Shown here: positions 35,594 through 44,857 of the stretch, piece by piece
How the letters are laid out: each line of letters begins with the position of its first letter
How positions within the stretch are numbered: the first letter of the stretch is position 1
Assembly: GCA_903825355.1 (NCBI GenBank)
Contig: CAIKAH010000001.1
Coordinates: 2,540-66,539, forward strand
Direction: 5' to 3'
DNA from: an uncultured bacterium
Lineage (GTDB): Bacteria > Babelota > Babeliae > Babelales > RVW-14
DNA length: 64,000 nucleotides
Notes under the pieces: generated by a model
Seen by the model: only the letters and a program-made list of their open reading frames with translations
Told to the model about the DNA's origin: nothing
Database searches by the model: none
Position numbers and translations under genes: made by a program

Positions 35594-36514
35594 ATGCTTT
35601 ATCGATTAACATTACTATTAATAATTACCAACTCGCCACTTGTTCCATCAGCTCACCTTGTAGACTATTCAGACTCAGAAGACAGCGAAAACGAAACAAC
35701 TACCGCTACTCCCCAAAGCAAACCAAGCACAAGTCCCAATCGAAGCCCCAGATCAAGGATAACAAGTCCGCTACAAAAAACACCACCTTCTCATTTAGCT
35801 ATCACGACAAAAATCACCCCTAATAAACGCATAATCAAGACACAACTACAAAAAGCCGAACGCAAAAATCGCATAGCGTTTAGCGAAAAAACAGCTAATT
35901 TACTCAAAGAAGCTATGGTACTTGATCCTGAACACCTAGAAGGTAAGTTATACCGTCAAGGAATTCTTGTTTTTCACGAACGTGTATTGCAGCGATTTGC
36001 ACACAATCTACTACAGTATATTGAACAGGAACGAAAGAATAATTCTTTTACGCTTGAAGATGAGCATTGTCTTCTTACTAGAGAAAGCGAACACGCTTTG
36101 TCTAGCGAAATTATCATTAATGCTATTCTTATGGGAGAATGCTCATTTCAACTAGGTAAAAACAATCAAATAGAACTAGTGATTGACGCCAAAGTGGTGT
36201 GCAATAGCAATGATTCAATAGTTAAATGTATATTGAACGATCGCACACACGTAAAACTTGTTTTTGGGTCTCCTCGTCAGGGAACAACCAACAAGTATCC
36301 TTTTGTTCTGTATCATGCTATGTTCCATAAACCTTACTATTCTGCACGTTATCATCAATCAAGCGTAGATAAGGCAGAGGCTTTTCTCGATACCAAGCTA
36401 TATGAAGGAAAAGAAATACTTTGCTTTGATCTCACCTGTAAAAAACGGGCGCAGCTTCCATTAATGAATGAACTCTTTGCTACAATCACGCCAACCTTAT
36501 TAGATTCAAAATAA
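35594..36514 (+). CDS. Secreted protein, unknown function (tandem paralog a)
   Basis: 306 aa with a hydrophobic N-terminus and an S/P/T-rich segment, then a globular region. It is homologous to the next gene (GILVFHERVLQRFAHNLLQYI / GILLTEQRVAYNYAYNLRNRI and PFVLYHAMF / PFLLFHAMV). Confidence 0.75.
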   Translation: MLYRLTLLLIITNSPLVPSAHLVDYSDSEDSENETTTATPQSKPSTSPNRSPRSRITSPLQKTPPSHLAITTKITPNKRIIKTQLQKAERKNRIAFSEKTANLLKEAMVLDPEHLEGKLYRQGILVFHERVLQRFAHNLLQYIEQERKNNSFTLEDEHCLLTRESEHALSSEIIINAILMGECSFQLGKNNQIELVIDAKVVCNSNDSIVKCILNDRTHVKLVFGSPRQGTTNKYPFVLYHAMFHKPYYSARYHQSSVDKAEAFLDTKLYEGKEILCFDLTCKKRAQLPLMNELFATITPTLLDSK

Positions 36515-36572
36515 AAATGCAAATTCAGCCTAATGTAAGATTTTTTTGTTTTTGAACGGTTTTTTTATAAAA

Positions 36573-36601
36573 TTTACATTTATAGCTGCACTCGATAAAC
36601 T
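36573..36601 (+). promoter_or_regulatory. Candidate promoter of the second paralog (duplicated upstream block)
   Basis: TTTACA, 17 nt, TAAACT. Same register as the 35521-35549 copy. Confidence 0.4.
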
Positions 36602-36644
36602 TTCAATCCAGTTAAAATCAAACCATTATTCTTCAAGAGAAAAC

Positions 36645-37457
36645 ATGCCTTACCTATCAATATTCTTATATAGTCTTTTATTAACTGTATCCTCAACCAT
36701 TCTACCAGCTGGTACCCCTGACAGAGGACTCCCTGGGGGCGCTGCCATCCAAACACCCCCTGCTCCCGGCAGAGCCCAATCACCCCGCACACTTTCTACA
36801 AATAGAGTCCATCACACACCGCTAACACCGATAGGCCGTCGCCATCTTACGGCTAATACCAGAAAAGGACTCAATTTAAATAGAGTTATAATTCCTGACC
36901 ATATTCGTGCCTCACTCCATGCAGCTATAAACGCGCCTGTACACATTGATGGTCGACTGCACCAGCATGGAATACTGCTCACTGAACAACGAGTAGCTTA
37001 TAATTATGCATACAACCTGCGCAATCGTATTGTGCGGCACCGCTCTACAAATGCAGATGCGTTTGGAGGAAATGCTACTTCTATTGTAAACAAACAAAAA
37101 AATGAATTTAAACATGTTGTCCCTTTAAAAACTATTGTTGATATTATTGAACGTGGTAGCACGTTTGCCAGATTCGAAAATGGCGTATTGCAATTAGAAA
37201 TAATTGCAGAAGCAACCGTATTTAGTAATGACCCAAAAATAAGTGCGTGGCTGGCCGAAGTAAATGAAATTAGATTAACTTTTGGCTACACTAATGATTC
37301 ACTTGATGTTACTGACCCATTTTTGCTATTTCATGCAATGGTAGATCGTCGAGAGAACAGAAGCCCTCATCTTTATCCTGTTGCTGGGGTAACAGCGTAT
37401 CTTGATTATCATTCATACCCTACTCGTGGCCCCATTTTGCGTTTTAGAATTCCATAA
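36645..37457 (+). CDS. Secreted protein, unknown function (tandem paralog b)
   Basis: The track ORF begins at a TTG at 36546 inside the duplicated promoter block. The ATG at 36645 (MPYLSIFLYSLLLTVSSTILPAG) sits at the same distance from the block as in paralog a. It has a P/G/A-rich segment and then the homologous globular region. Confidence 0.75.
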   Translation: MPYLSIFLYSLLLTVSSTILPAGTPDRGLPGGAAIQTPPAPGRAQSPRTLSTNRVHHTPLTPIGRRHLTANTRKGLNLNRVIIPDHIRASLHAAINAPVHIDGRLHQHGILLTEQRVAYNYAYNLRNRIVRHRSTNADAFGGNATSIVNKQKNEFKHVVPLKTIVDIIERGSTFARFENGVLQLEIIAEATVFSNDPKISAWLAEVNEIRLTFGYTNDSLDVTDPFLLFHAMVDRRENRSPHLYPVAGVTAYLDYHSYPTRGPILRFRIP

Positions 37458-37471
37458 TTAAAGAGCGCTTA

Positions 37472-37801
37472 ATGCCTATTAATTTCAGAAATTTGTTTTC
37501 TTTTCAGCCTGCTGAAGTCAAGCAGGCATTCGCTGTAGCTATAAAACTCGGCTACGGGCAAGGGGTGAAGCTTATTAAAGCACCAACAACAACGCCATAC
37601 AGCAAGCTGCTCGTGGTCACGCCACGAGCAGCTGGTAAAGCACATGACCGTAACTTAATTCGCCGCCGAGCAAAAGCAATCTTTTATGAATGTGCCTCGC
37701 ATGAAAACCCTGCCATTTTTATTTTGCTGGTTAACAAGCGAGCAACCACTGCTGCATTCGACTCACTTAAAGCATTTTTGCTGAACTATATTTGTAAGTA
37801 G
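37472..37801 (+). CDS. rnpA: Ribonuclease P protein component
   Basis: 109 aa and basic. The central LLVVTPRAAGKAHDRNLIRRRAKAIF matches the RnpA RNR-type motif. It is followed by yidD, as in the canonical locus. Confidence 0.75.
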   Translation: MPINFRNLFSFQPAEVKQAFAVAIKLGYGQGVKLIKAPTTTPYSKLLVVTPRAAGKAHDRNLIRRRAKAIFYECASHENPAIFILLVNKRATTAAFDSLKAFLLNYICK

Positions 37802-37815
37802 CCAGAGATAATACA

Positions 37816-38037
37816 ATGCGCCTTTTGGTACTTATTTATCAAACCTTAAGACCATTTCTAGGCCTTACTACATGCATCTATCCTATCAGCTGTGGGCGCT
37901 ATGCCTTGCAGCAACTAGAGATCAAGCCTTTTTGGATTAGTGTACCATTAATTGGATTGCGTGTGTTAAGTTGCAATCCAATTAATGGCTTTATCCGCTG
38001 GGTACGTTTTAAACGCGCCCTACGCGCACTCGAGTAA
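37816..38037 (+). CDS. yidD: Membrane protein insertion efficiency factor YidD
   Basis: 73 aa with the conserved Cys pattern (TTCIYPISCGRYALQQLE...LRVLSCNP) typical of YidD. Confidence 0.75.
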   Translation: MRLLVLIYQTLRPFLGLTTCIYPISCGRYALQQLEIKPFWISVPLIGLRVLSCNPINGFIRWVRFKRALRALE

Positions 38038-40780
38038 AATTATCACTCGAAACATAGCGTGCAGCAACCTGATTAATCTCTTGTAATGTTAAGCTATGAA
38101 CCCGTTGTAATACCTTATCATAATGATCTACAGGTAATTCTAATGCCTTAATTCTACAGATAGTACCTGCAATAATACTATTGCTGCCCATTAAATCGGC
38201 TAGATCTTTTTCATATGAATGCTTCGCAGCATCAAGCTCTTCTGCAGTTACTCCTTTTTCAGCAATATCTGCTAGACATTTAAGTATTTCGGTTTCAGCA
38301 AAACCAACATTTTCTGGATTAATTATCGCCCCCACACAATCGTAACCAGGCTGTTTTCCTGCACGAGCAGCAAATTCACCAAACGCTACATAAAATAGCC
38401 CGGTACGTTCACGAATTTTATAAATTCGCGAACCCAATGATTTGAAACAAATATAATTTAATAACTTAAGCGGTACAAAATCAGCATCATAAATAGTCAC
38501 AGGAGAAGGTCTGCCATACATTACTACTACTTGATCACGCGTCATAGCAACATCAATGTACTCTGATTTCGCTTCTTGAGGCTTAATTGATGCAACCGAC
38601 ATTTTCATTCCTGTTTCAATTTTACCTAAGTAGCACCGTATTAGATGCTCCATCTCATAAACATCAAAATCTCCTACTACCGATACCACCAGATTTTCTG
38701 CAGTCAAAACCTGACTATGTAAAGTCTTCAAGGATGCCGTATTTACTCGTGCAACATCTTCTATTGCCTCGTCAAAGGTCCAGGCAAAGGACTGTCCTTT
38801 AAAAAGAGCATTTTTAAGTAAACGACCAGCTATATCTTTTGCGTCATCTTTTGAGCGTTGGAAAGCATCAAGCTCAATTTTTTTAAGTTTTTCTAACGCA
38901 TCTTTAGCAAAAGTTGGGTAACACAGTACTTGCACAAAGCGCTCTAGTAAATCTGTAAAATCAGCAGACAAACATGATAACGAAGCCCCGGCAGCATTAA
39001 AATTAAACGACGCCCCACGCTGTTCAAAAAAATCTACCGTTTCTTTTTTACTACTTCCCTTAGTCCCCTCTAAGAGCATGTTCATCATAAGCCCCAATAC
39101 TACCCCTTCACGGGCACTAGCAAAAAATGCCGCTTCCTTAAAGCTAAACATGGTAGCAATCATAGGTAGCTGCTTTTGTGGTGCAAGAAGTACGGTTAAA
39201 CCGTTAGGCAATATAATAGTTTTTGTTGGCTGAGGAAAGGTAAAGGTCAATGGTGTAGGTGGCGGGAAAGCGCCAGCAGCACGTGGTTCTTCAATTGGCG
39301 CAGTACGCTCATGCCGTGCTAAAATTTTCTGATCAAGAGCATTAGACTGCTCTTTCATCAACTGACGCATTTCTTTTTTATCTTCTGGCAAAGGCAATAC
39401 TTCCAGCTGATTCATTAAAAATGGATCTAGATACGACTTTGCAATTTCTTGTAATTCTTGCGTGGTAATATCATTATAGCGATTAACCCGATTAAATAAG
39501 GCAAACTCATCACGAGTAGCAAAATATGATTGCAACCAGTCCATTACAAGATTGTTGAAATGTAAGGTCTCTTCAAAAAAATCCACCTTTTTTGTCTTAG
39601 CAACACGTGCCAAATCAACATCACTCACGCCGTTGCGCACTAACGATGCTAGTTCTTCTTTAATTAACCGAATACATGCTTCTTTTTTTCCAGGCAGAGG
39701 CTCAAGAAATACAAAGAACAGCCCAGCTTCCATCATTTTAAAAGCCGAAGCACCAACTGATGACGCTACTTTATGCTCATCAACCAACGTCCGGTACAAG
39801 CGTCCAGCATGTCCAGCTCCTAAAATAGCTTCAAGAACTGATATAGCTTGCTCATGTTTATCTTTAAGTCCTGGAATAACCCAGTACAACATGAGTTGCT
39901 CATTTTTTATATCTTCATAAAAACGTGTATTGTTAACAGCTAATTCTGTATGTAGTGATGGAAATTCCACCACCGCTGCTTTTGTAGTAGGAGCTGGCGC
40001 ATCAAAAAGACGTTCTACTTCGGCAAAAGCCTCCTTAGGATCAACATCTCCTACAATAAACAATGTTGCACGGTCGGGACGGTAATATTTTTTGTAAAAT
40101 GCTTTTACTTGATCAGCGGTAAGCGTCAAGAGATCTTCCTTAAAACCGATAGTCGGCATATGATACGGATGGTTTGGAGGAAATGCAAGCTCTAACGATT
40201 TCAGGTACATCATTTTCCAATAATCGTCTTTATTCATCTTAAGCTCTTGCACAACTGCCTTGACTTCTGATGCAAGGTGTTGTGGATCAAACCGTACATT
40301 ATTCATACAATCTGCAAGAATTTCTAAGAATGGCTTCCAATTATTTTTATTGGATTCAAAATAATAACTGGTCGCATCCAGCATCGTAAAAGCATTATAA
40401 GTAGCACCATATTTGCGAGCTATAGTATCAATGTCAGTTTCTGATAGTTTTTCTGTTCCTTTAAAAATCATATGCTCTACCAAATGAGCAAGCCCCCGTT
40501 CGCCAGATTGTTCAACATACGAACCAACATCATAAGCCATCTGTACCAACACTTTGGGTAAAGCATCGTTCTGATAAATAATGGCATGCATACCATTCGG
40601 TAGTATACGTTTGGTAATTTTCTCAGTAGGCACAGTAAAAAGTGATTCAACTGCTTTTAATGATGGTTTTTTCTGCTTTATATAAGCCCAATAAGCAGCC
40701 ATTAATAAGCTGCAACATGCTATCAAAAGCAGCACTAGTTTAATTTTCGTGCTTAATAATTCCATAAGTCTATCCCTCAT
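38009..40780 (-). CDS. Membrane-anchored M16 (pitrilysin-family) zinc peptidase, tandem M16 halves
   Basis: Inverted zinc motif HLVEH (GLAHLVEHMIFKGT) in the first half, and a second inactive-type M16 pair in the C-terminal half. It has an N-terminal TM anchor (KLVLLLIACCSLLMAAYWAY). The track ORF extends to 40864; a start at 40780 or 40765 is more plausible given the divergent gene at 40870. The 3' end overlaps convergent yidD by 29 nt. Confidence 0.85.
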   Translation of the reverse strand: MRDRLMELLSTKIKLVLLLIACCSLLMAAYWAYIKQKKPSLKAVESLFTVPTEKITKRILPNGMHAIIYQNDALPKVLVQMAYDVGSYVEQSGERGLAHLVEHMIFKGTEKLSETDIDTIARKYGATYNAFTMLDATSYYFESNKNNWKPFLEILADCMNNVRFDPQHLASEVKAVVQELKMNKDDYWKMMYLKSLELAFPPNHPYHMPTIGFKEDLLTLTADQVKAFYKKYYRPDRATLFIVGDVDPKEAFAEVERLFDAPAPTTKAAVVEFPSLHTELAVNNTRFYEDIKNEQLMLYWVIPGLKDKHEQAISVLEAILGAGHAGRLYRTLVDEHKVASSVGASAFKMMEAGLFFVFLEPLPGKKEACIRLIKEELASLVRNGVSDVDLARVAKTKKVDFFEETLHFNNLVMDWLQSYFATRDEFALFNRVNRYNDITTQELQEIAKSYLDPFLMNQLEVLPLPEDKKEMRQLMKEQSNALDQKILARHERTAPIEEPRAAGAFPPPTPLTFTFPQPTKTIILPNGLTVLLAPQKQLPMIATMFSFKEAAFFASAREGVVLGLMMNMLLEGTKGSSKKETVDFFEQRGASFNFNAAGASLSCLSADFTDLLERFVQVLCYPTFAKDALEKLKKIELDAFQRSKDDAKDIAGRLLKNALFKGQSFAWTFDEAIEDVARVNTASLKTLHSQVLTAENLVVSVVGDFDVYEMEHLIRCYLGKIETGMKMSVASIKPQEAKSEYIDVAMTRDQVVVMYGRPSPVTIYDADFVPLKLLNYICFKSLGSRIYKIRERTGLFYVAFGEFAARAGKQPGYDCVGAIINPENVGFAETEILKCLADIAEKGVTAEELDAAKHSYEKDLADLMGSNSIIAGTICRIKALELPVDHYDKVLQRVHSLTLQEINQVAARYVSSDNFTRVRVGRV

Positions 40781-40869
40781 GTTGTGACAAATAGTCGTAA
40801 ATATGTTACAAGTTACACTAACAGTGTTAACAATAGCCTCTATTCTACCTAAAAATTTTAGCAAAAAGC

Positions 40870-41922
40870 ATGTTAAATATTCTAATCATGAGAGTTTCCG
40901 CTATTGGTGATGTCATTCACACATTGCCATGCGTGTTTTTGTTGAAACAACTTATTCCATCAGCACGGATTAGCTGGATAGTACAAAATAAAGCTGCTAG
41001 CTTATTACTCAATCAACCATTTCTTGAAGAAGTATATGTGTTGCCTGATAATTTTTTATATCCAAAAAATATTGGTACTACATTACGTGTCATGAAAAAA
41101 CTCCGCAGCATCCAGTGGGATGGTATTATCGATTTTCAAGGGCTTACAAAAACAAGCATGCTTCTCGCATTTCTTCGTGGCAAAAAATATGGATTTGATA
41201 AAAAGCATGCACGCTGGCCTTTAAGCACCTGGTTTACCCATCAACAAATTACGCCGGATTTTAGTAACATTGTTCAAAAAAATTTAGCACTCGCCGCTCA
41301 TGCAGCATATAACTTAAGTCCACATCGTAGCTGCCCAGCTATCCATACCTTACAATCAGCATTTCAATTAGCTATCCAAAAAGCAGATGCCGAAATAGTA
41401 AAAGCATGGATTGTCCATTCACAACTTAGAGCTTTTATTGCACTCTGCCCCAACACTACCTGGGAATCAAAGCATTGGCCGACAGAGCACTGGACAGCAG
41501 TAGCAGGTGAATTAGCAAAAAATCCTCTACGTCCTATTGTAGTTGTTGGCACCAATTTTGGACAAGCTGCAAAAGATTTAGCCGCAGAACTTAGCAAGCA
41601 GCATATTCCTTTTCATATTATGCCTGCATGGAACTTAGCGATGACCGGATATGCACTTACTTATGCACGTTTAGTTATTGCTCCTGACACAGGACTCCTG
41701 CATTTGTGCGACTATTTAGGAATCAAAACAATCGGTATTTTTGGACCCACTTCAAAAAGCCAACATGGCCCTTTTTTAGTGGGAGAGAATGTAAAGCAGG
41801 CATTACAAATACCATGCCCACATTTTTATAAAAAAGAACATAATGATAGCCAAGACAACTGCATGGCACGTTTTATGCCAACAGATATGCTTATGCACAT
41901 TTATAAGGCGTTAAATCAATAA
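40870..41922 (+). CDS. Glycosyltransferase family 9 (LPS heptosyltransferase, WaaC/WaaF-like)
   Basis: N-terminal MLNILIMRVSAIGDVIHTLP, and a C-terminal DTGLLHL motif with IGIFGPT. The length and layout are typical of GT9. Confidence 0.85.
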   Translation: MLNILIMRVSAIGDVIHTLPCVFLLKQLIPSARISWIVQNKAASLLLNQPFLEEVYVLPDNFLYPKNIGTTLRVMKKLRSIQWDGIIDFQGLTKTSMLLAFLRGKKYGFDKKHARWPLSTWFTHQQITPDFSNIVQKNLALAAHAAYNLSPHRSCPAIHTLQSAFQLAIQKADAEIVKAWIVHSQLRAFIALCPNTTWESKHWPTEHWTAVAGELAKNPLRPIVVVGTNFGQAAKDLAAELSKQHIPFHIMPAWNLAMTGYALTYARLVIAPDTGLLHLCDYLGIKTIGIFGPTSKSQHGPFLVGENVKQALQIPCPHFYKKEHNDSQDNCMARFMPTDMLMHIYKALNQ

Positions 41923-41935
41923 TAAAGGGATTTCG

Positions 41936-42316
41936 ATGTCCACGCTAAATTTTTCAGATCAATCATTAACTGGCATACATTTCGTTGGACCATTAACCAT
42001 TAATGCCGCTCGGTTTGATGATGCAACATTAACAGAAGTTCTGTTTCAACATCTTATTTTACAAGATAGTTACTTTGATGATGCACGGTTAGAGAATGTC
42101 CTGTTTGAAGATGTAACATTAGAAAATGTCTCTTTTGATGATGCACTCTTACATAATGTTCGCTTTACTCGTGTATGCCTTAAGAATTGTACTTTTAATG
42201 ATGCAACGCTTAACAATGTTACTTTTACTGATGTATTGGTTGAAGGCACAAAATCAGTTGATGAAACGTTCCATGATGCCACGTTAAATTCTACAGATAT
42301 AACCGGTATCGCTTAA
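41936..42316 (+). CDS. Pentapeptide-repeat protein
   Basis: 126 aa of consecutive A(D/N)LXX-type pentapeptides (FDDATLTEVLF..., FDDARLENVLFEDVTLENVS...). Confidence 0.85.
   Translation: MSTLNFSDQSLTGIHFVGPLTINAARFDDATLTEVLFQHLILQDSYFDDARLENVLFEDVTLENVSFDDALLHNVRFTRVCLKNCTFNDATLNNVTFTDVLVEGTKSVDETFHDATLNSTDITGIA
42014..42253 (+). repeat. Four tandem 60-bp (20-codon) repeats inside the pentapeptide-repeat gene
   Basis: Units start at 42014, 42074, 42134 and 42194, each beginning TTTGATGATGCA or TTTAATGATGCA. Confidence 0.8.
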
Positions 42317-42334
42317 TAATTCTTTTTAGCTAAG

Positions 42335-42356
42335 CGGGCTTATGTACATAAGCCCG
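42335..42356 (+). terminator. Hairpin terminator after the pentapeptide-repeat gene
   Basis: The perfect palindrome CGGGCTTATGTACATAAGCCCG is followed by TTCTTATC. Confidence 0.6.
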
Positions 42357-42369
42357 TTCTTATCTTACT

Positions 42370-43131
42370 CTATTCCATTGGCGCATTCATAAGAGCTTGC
42401 CATGAGACAGGAAACTTCGTAGAAACAATATCGCTTACCAAGTGCGCATATTCTTGTATCTCTCGTTGTGCAAGTGGTGCCACACGTAACCGTACTAGCC
42501 GTGCATAGCCAGCTAGGCTAGCAGTTTCAATAAATTCGGTGTACATAGCCTGAGGTAATACCATACGCGCCTGTTCTGGAGCCACTCCCTGATCCAACAA
42601 ATATTGATAATATTCTTGCGCTTTATCAAAATAATCTTGCATCTGTGCCATAAGGGGAACACTATTTTCTACTAACTCTTGTTTGGAGCCTTGCTTTAAA
42701 TTTTTATCCCGTTGACGCAGCCCTGCTGGCATAAAACAACCTGGAGCGTCGGTCACATAGCGACGAGAAACTTCATTACGCGTAAACCCAACTGAATGCT
42801 TAAACCATTCCCGTGCGATAAAAATAGGCATTTTAATCCGCAAAGAAATTTGTGGATGAAAAAAGGGGGAAGAATGGCGATGGTCAGCAAGGTATTTAAT
42901 CAATTTAGCATCACGCTCAGCAAGCTTAGGTACTGTTTTACCTTCTACTTCTACTTGCTCAAATGCCGACTCTTTATGAAAAGAGACGCGTGCAGTGTTT
43001 ACAACTGTTAGATCAGAACCAAAGCAATCTATAAGTTCAACAAAACCTTTGCCATCATGAATAAATAATTTATTAACTGGTATTGCTTCCTGCATAGCCG
43101 GATGAAGTCGCACAGCGCCCTGCAATTCCAT
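42370..43131 (-). CDS. thyX: Flavin-dependent thymidylate synthase ThyX
   Basis: 253 aa. A ThyX-motif-like DHRHSSPF is followed by IKMPIFIAREWFKH. The overall ThyX layout is present. Confidence 0.8.
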   Translation of the reverse strand: MELQGAVRLHPAMQEAIPVNKLFIHDGKGFVELIDCFGSDLTVVNTARVSFHKESAFEQVEVEGKTVPKLAERDAKLIKYLADHRHSSPFFHPQISLRIKMPIFIAREWFKHSVGFTRNEVSRRYVTDAPGCFMPAGLRQRDKNLKQGSKQELVENSVPLMAQMQDYFDKAQEYYQYLLDQGVAPEQARMVLPQAMYTEFIETASLAGYARLVRLRVAPLAQREIQEYAHLVSDIVSTKFPVSWQALMNAPME

Positions 43132-43237
43132 ATAATCCCCTTCAAATTAAAATATAAGTTACAGTTCCAATACACGACAGAATAACGCGCACAAGGAAAA
43201 AATAAATCCCCCGTTTCAAGGACAAAAAAATTGTGAT

Positions 43238-43942
43238 ATGGTTATGAGCCTTACTATTCTGCCATTAGGAGAAACAATGCTCAAAAATATTTCAGTAAAA
43301 ACCACCCTTCCCCTTGCTATATGGCTTCTTATGCTCATCGCAAGCTACTACTTTCCGTTAACAAACCTCAGTGGCTCATTCCGCTCTATTCTGAGTGGTA
43401 TTAATATCGTATTGCCCCTTGCTGGTGGCCTCTTTGGGATAGGGATGGTCTGTTGGCTGATAAGCAGTTTATGGCTTTTAAAAACACTCGTTCTCAGCAA
43501 AGCACTTACTTTTGGCATTCCAAGCGCTTGTGCAATGCTCTCGTGGGCAAGTAACTCCAAAAAAAGTGCTACAAAGAACATTAATTTTTTAATCAACGCT
43601 TTCTTGCCTGCACTTTGTATGGTAGTTTTCATGATGCATCCAGCATCATGCGGTGCGTGGCCCTACGCTTTGTATTGGCTTATTCCGATTGCTATTTGGG
43701 CAATAAATCACTCTCAAAATAGCTTACTTTGCGCCTTGCAAAGCACTTTTGTTGCTCACGCCGTTGGTAGTGTGATGTGGGTATTTTTAGTGCCCATGAC
43801 TACCAGTCAATGGCTAGCATTAATTCCTATGGTAATGTTAGAACGGATCAGTATTGCTGTACTTGCCGCTAGCCTGTATAAGATTATCAGCGTGACGACT
43901 ACGCTCATTGTAGTAAAACGTATTAAAAAACATCTCGCCTAA
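43238..43942 (+). CDS. Polytopic inner-membrane protein, unknown function
   Basis: 234-aa ORF with about 6 predicted hydrophobic helices and no motif I can assign. The real start may be the internal MLKNISVK. Confidence 0.65.
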   Translation: MVMSLTILPLGETMLKNISVKTTLPLAIWLLMLIASYYFPLTNLSGSFRSILSGINIVLPLAGGLFGIGMVCWLISSLWLLKTLVLSKALTFGIPSACAMLSWASNSKKSATKNINFLINAFLPALCMVVFMMHPASCGAWPYALYWLIPIAIWAINHSQNSLLCALQSTFVAHAVGSVMWVFLVPMTTSQWLALIPMVMLERISIAVLAASLYKIISVTTTLIVVKRIKKHLA

Positions 43943-44025
43943 GTTCTTTACATTCTTGCTTGTGCGCTTAAAAATTAACTATTCTAGAGTAAGTTAATTT
44001 TTAAAGTACCCACGTAAGGAGAACA

Positions 44026-44772
44026 ATGATGAGTGGTCCCAATCTTCGCTTACTAAAAATACTATTTTTGGTGTTAACATTAGTCTTACCAAACGGCCTT
44101 CTAGGGGCAGATGCTGTTACACAAATTAATGCCATCTTTAATACTCATATGAGCTACCCTGGAGGCATTAGCGCTTTTACAACTGAGGCTCCTGCACTTT
44201 CAGCTCCAACAGATATTGCTACACTTACCACCCTCTGGAATGCCATTAATGCTGCAGCAAAAGCAACTCCACCAGCTGATGCAACTCAACTCAGCAATAC
44301 ACAACAGGCCTTCTGGAATGGTATTATTTTACCAGCCACAGTACTCCCTCCTTTTGATGCCACGATAGCAGAATATGTTGCATTGTATACTGCAGTTTAT
44401 AATGCATGCAAATCTTTATGTCAGCCTTCCTGCTCATTAATCACTGGGCCTGTCAGCGATAGTAGCACAGATGGAACAGGTAGCATGCAATACCAACTTG
44501 ATAGTTTTATAACGAGCCTTGATCTTCCTGCATCGATTACGAGTCTAGCACCAGCTACGGCGCCAAGCCCTATAAGCGAACCTAGAACTCCTGCTCCATC
44601 TAAACCAGCAACAAAAAAAACAGTAAAAAAATTACAAAAAACTATTAGAAAACCTGCTAATGCACCAGTTCCTTCTTCAGAGAAAACAATAGCCCCAACA
44701 CATAAACATGCTAAACAGGCTCCCAAAGTTATAAAAGCTGTAGTTGCTAATCCAAAAAGTATGAAAAAATAG
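44026..44772 (+). CDS. Secreted protein with a Pro/Ala/Lys-rich basic C-terminal tail, unknown function
   Basis: Signal-like N-terminus (LLKILFLVLTLVLPNGLLGA). The C-terminal tail PAPSKPATKKTVKKLQKTIRKPANAPVP...KHAKQAPKVIKAVVANPKSMKK is strongly basic. Confidence 0.7.
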   Translation: MMSGPNLRLLKILFLVLTLVLPNGLLGADAVTQINAIFNTHMSYPGGISAFTTEAPALSAPTDIATLTTLWNAINAAAKATPPADATQLSNTQQAFWNGIILPATVLPPFDATIAEYVALYTAVYNACKSLCQPSCSLITGPVSDSSTDGTGSMQYQLDSFITSLDLPASITSLAPATAPSPISEPRTPAPSKPATKKTVKKLQKTIRKPANAPVPSSEKTIAPTHKHAKQAPKVIKAVVANPKSMKK

Positions 44773-44805
44773 GCGGTAATTAAATCAATTTTCATACAAT
44801 AAAAA

Positions 44806-44832
44806 AGCCCCGTGTTTATACGGGGCTTTTTT
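44806..44832. terminator. Bidirectional rho-independent terminator between the 248-aa gene and ssb
   Basis: AAAAA-AGCCCCGT-GTTTAT-ACGGGGCT-TTTTT. Confidence 0.8.
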
Positions 44833-44857
44833 ATTGTAAAAGATAAATCATGCAAAA

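Noticed and set aside
37816-38037. The 29-nt convergent overlap between yidD and the M16 peptidase gene as a possible antisense regulatory arrangement
   Set aside because: Short convergent 3' overlaps are common in compact genomes. There is no structure or motif suggesting regulation, so it is noted only in the feature evidence.
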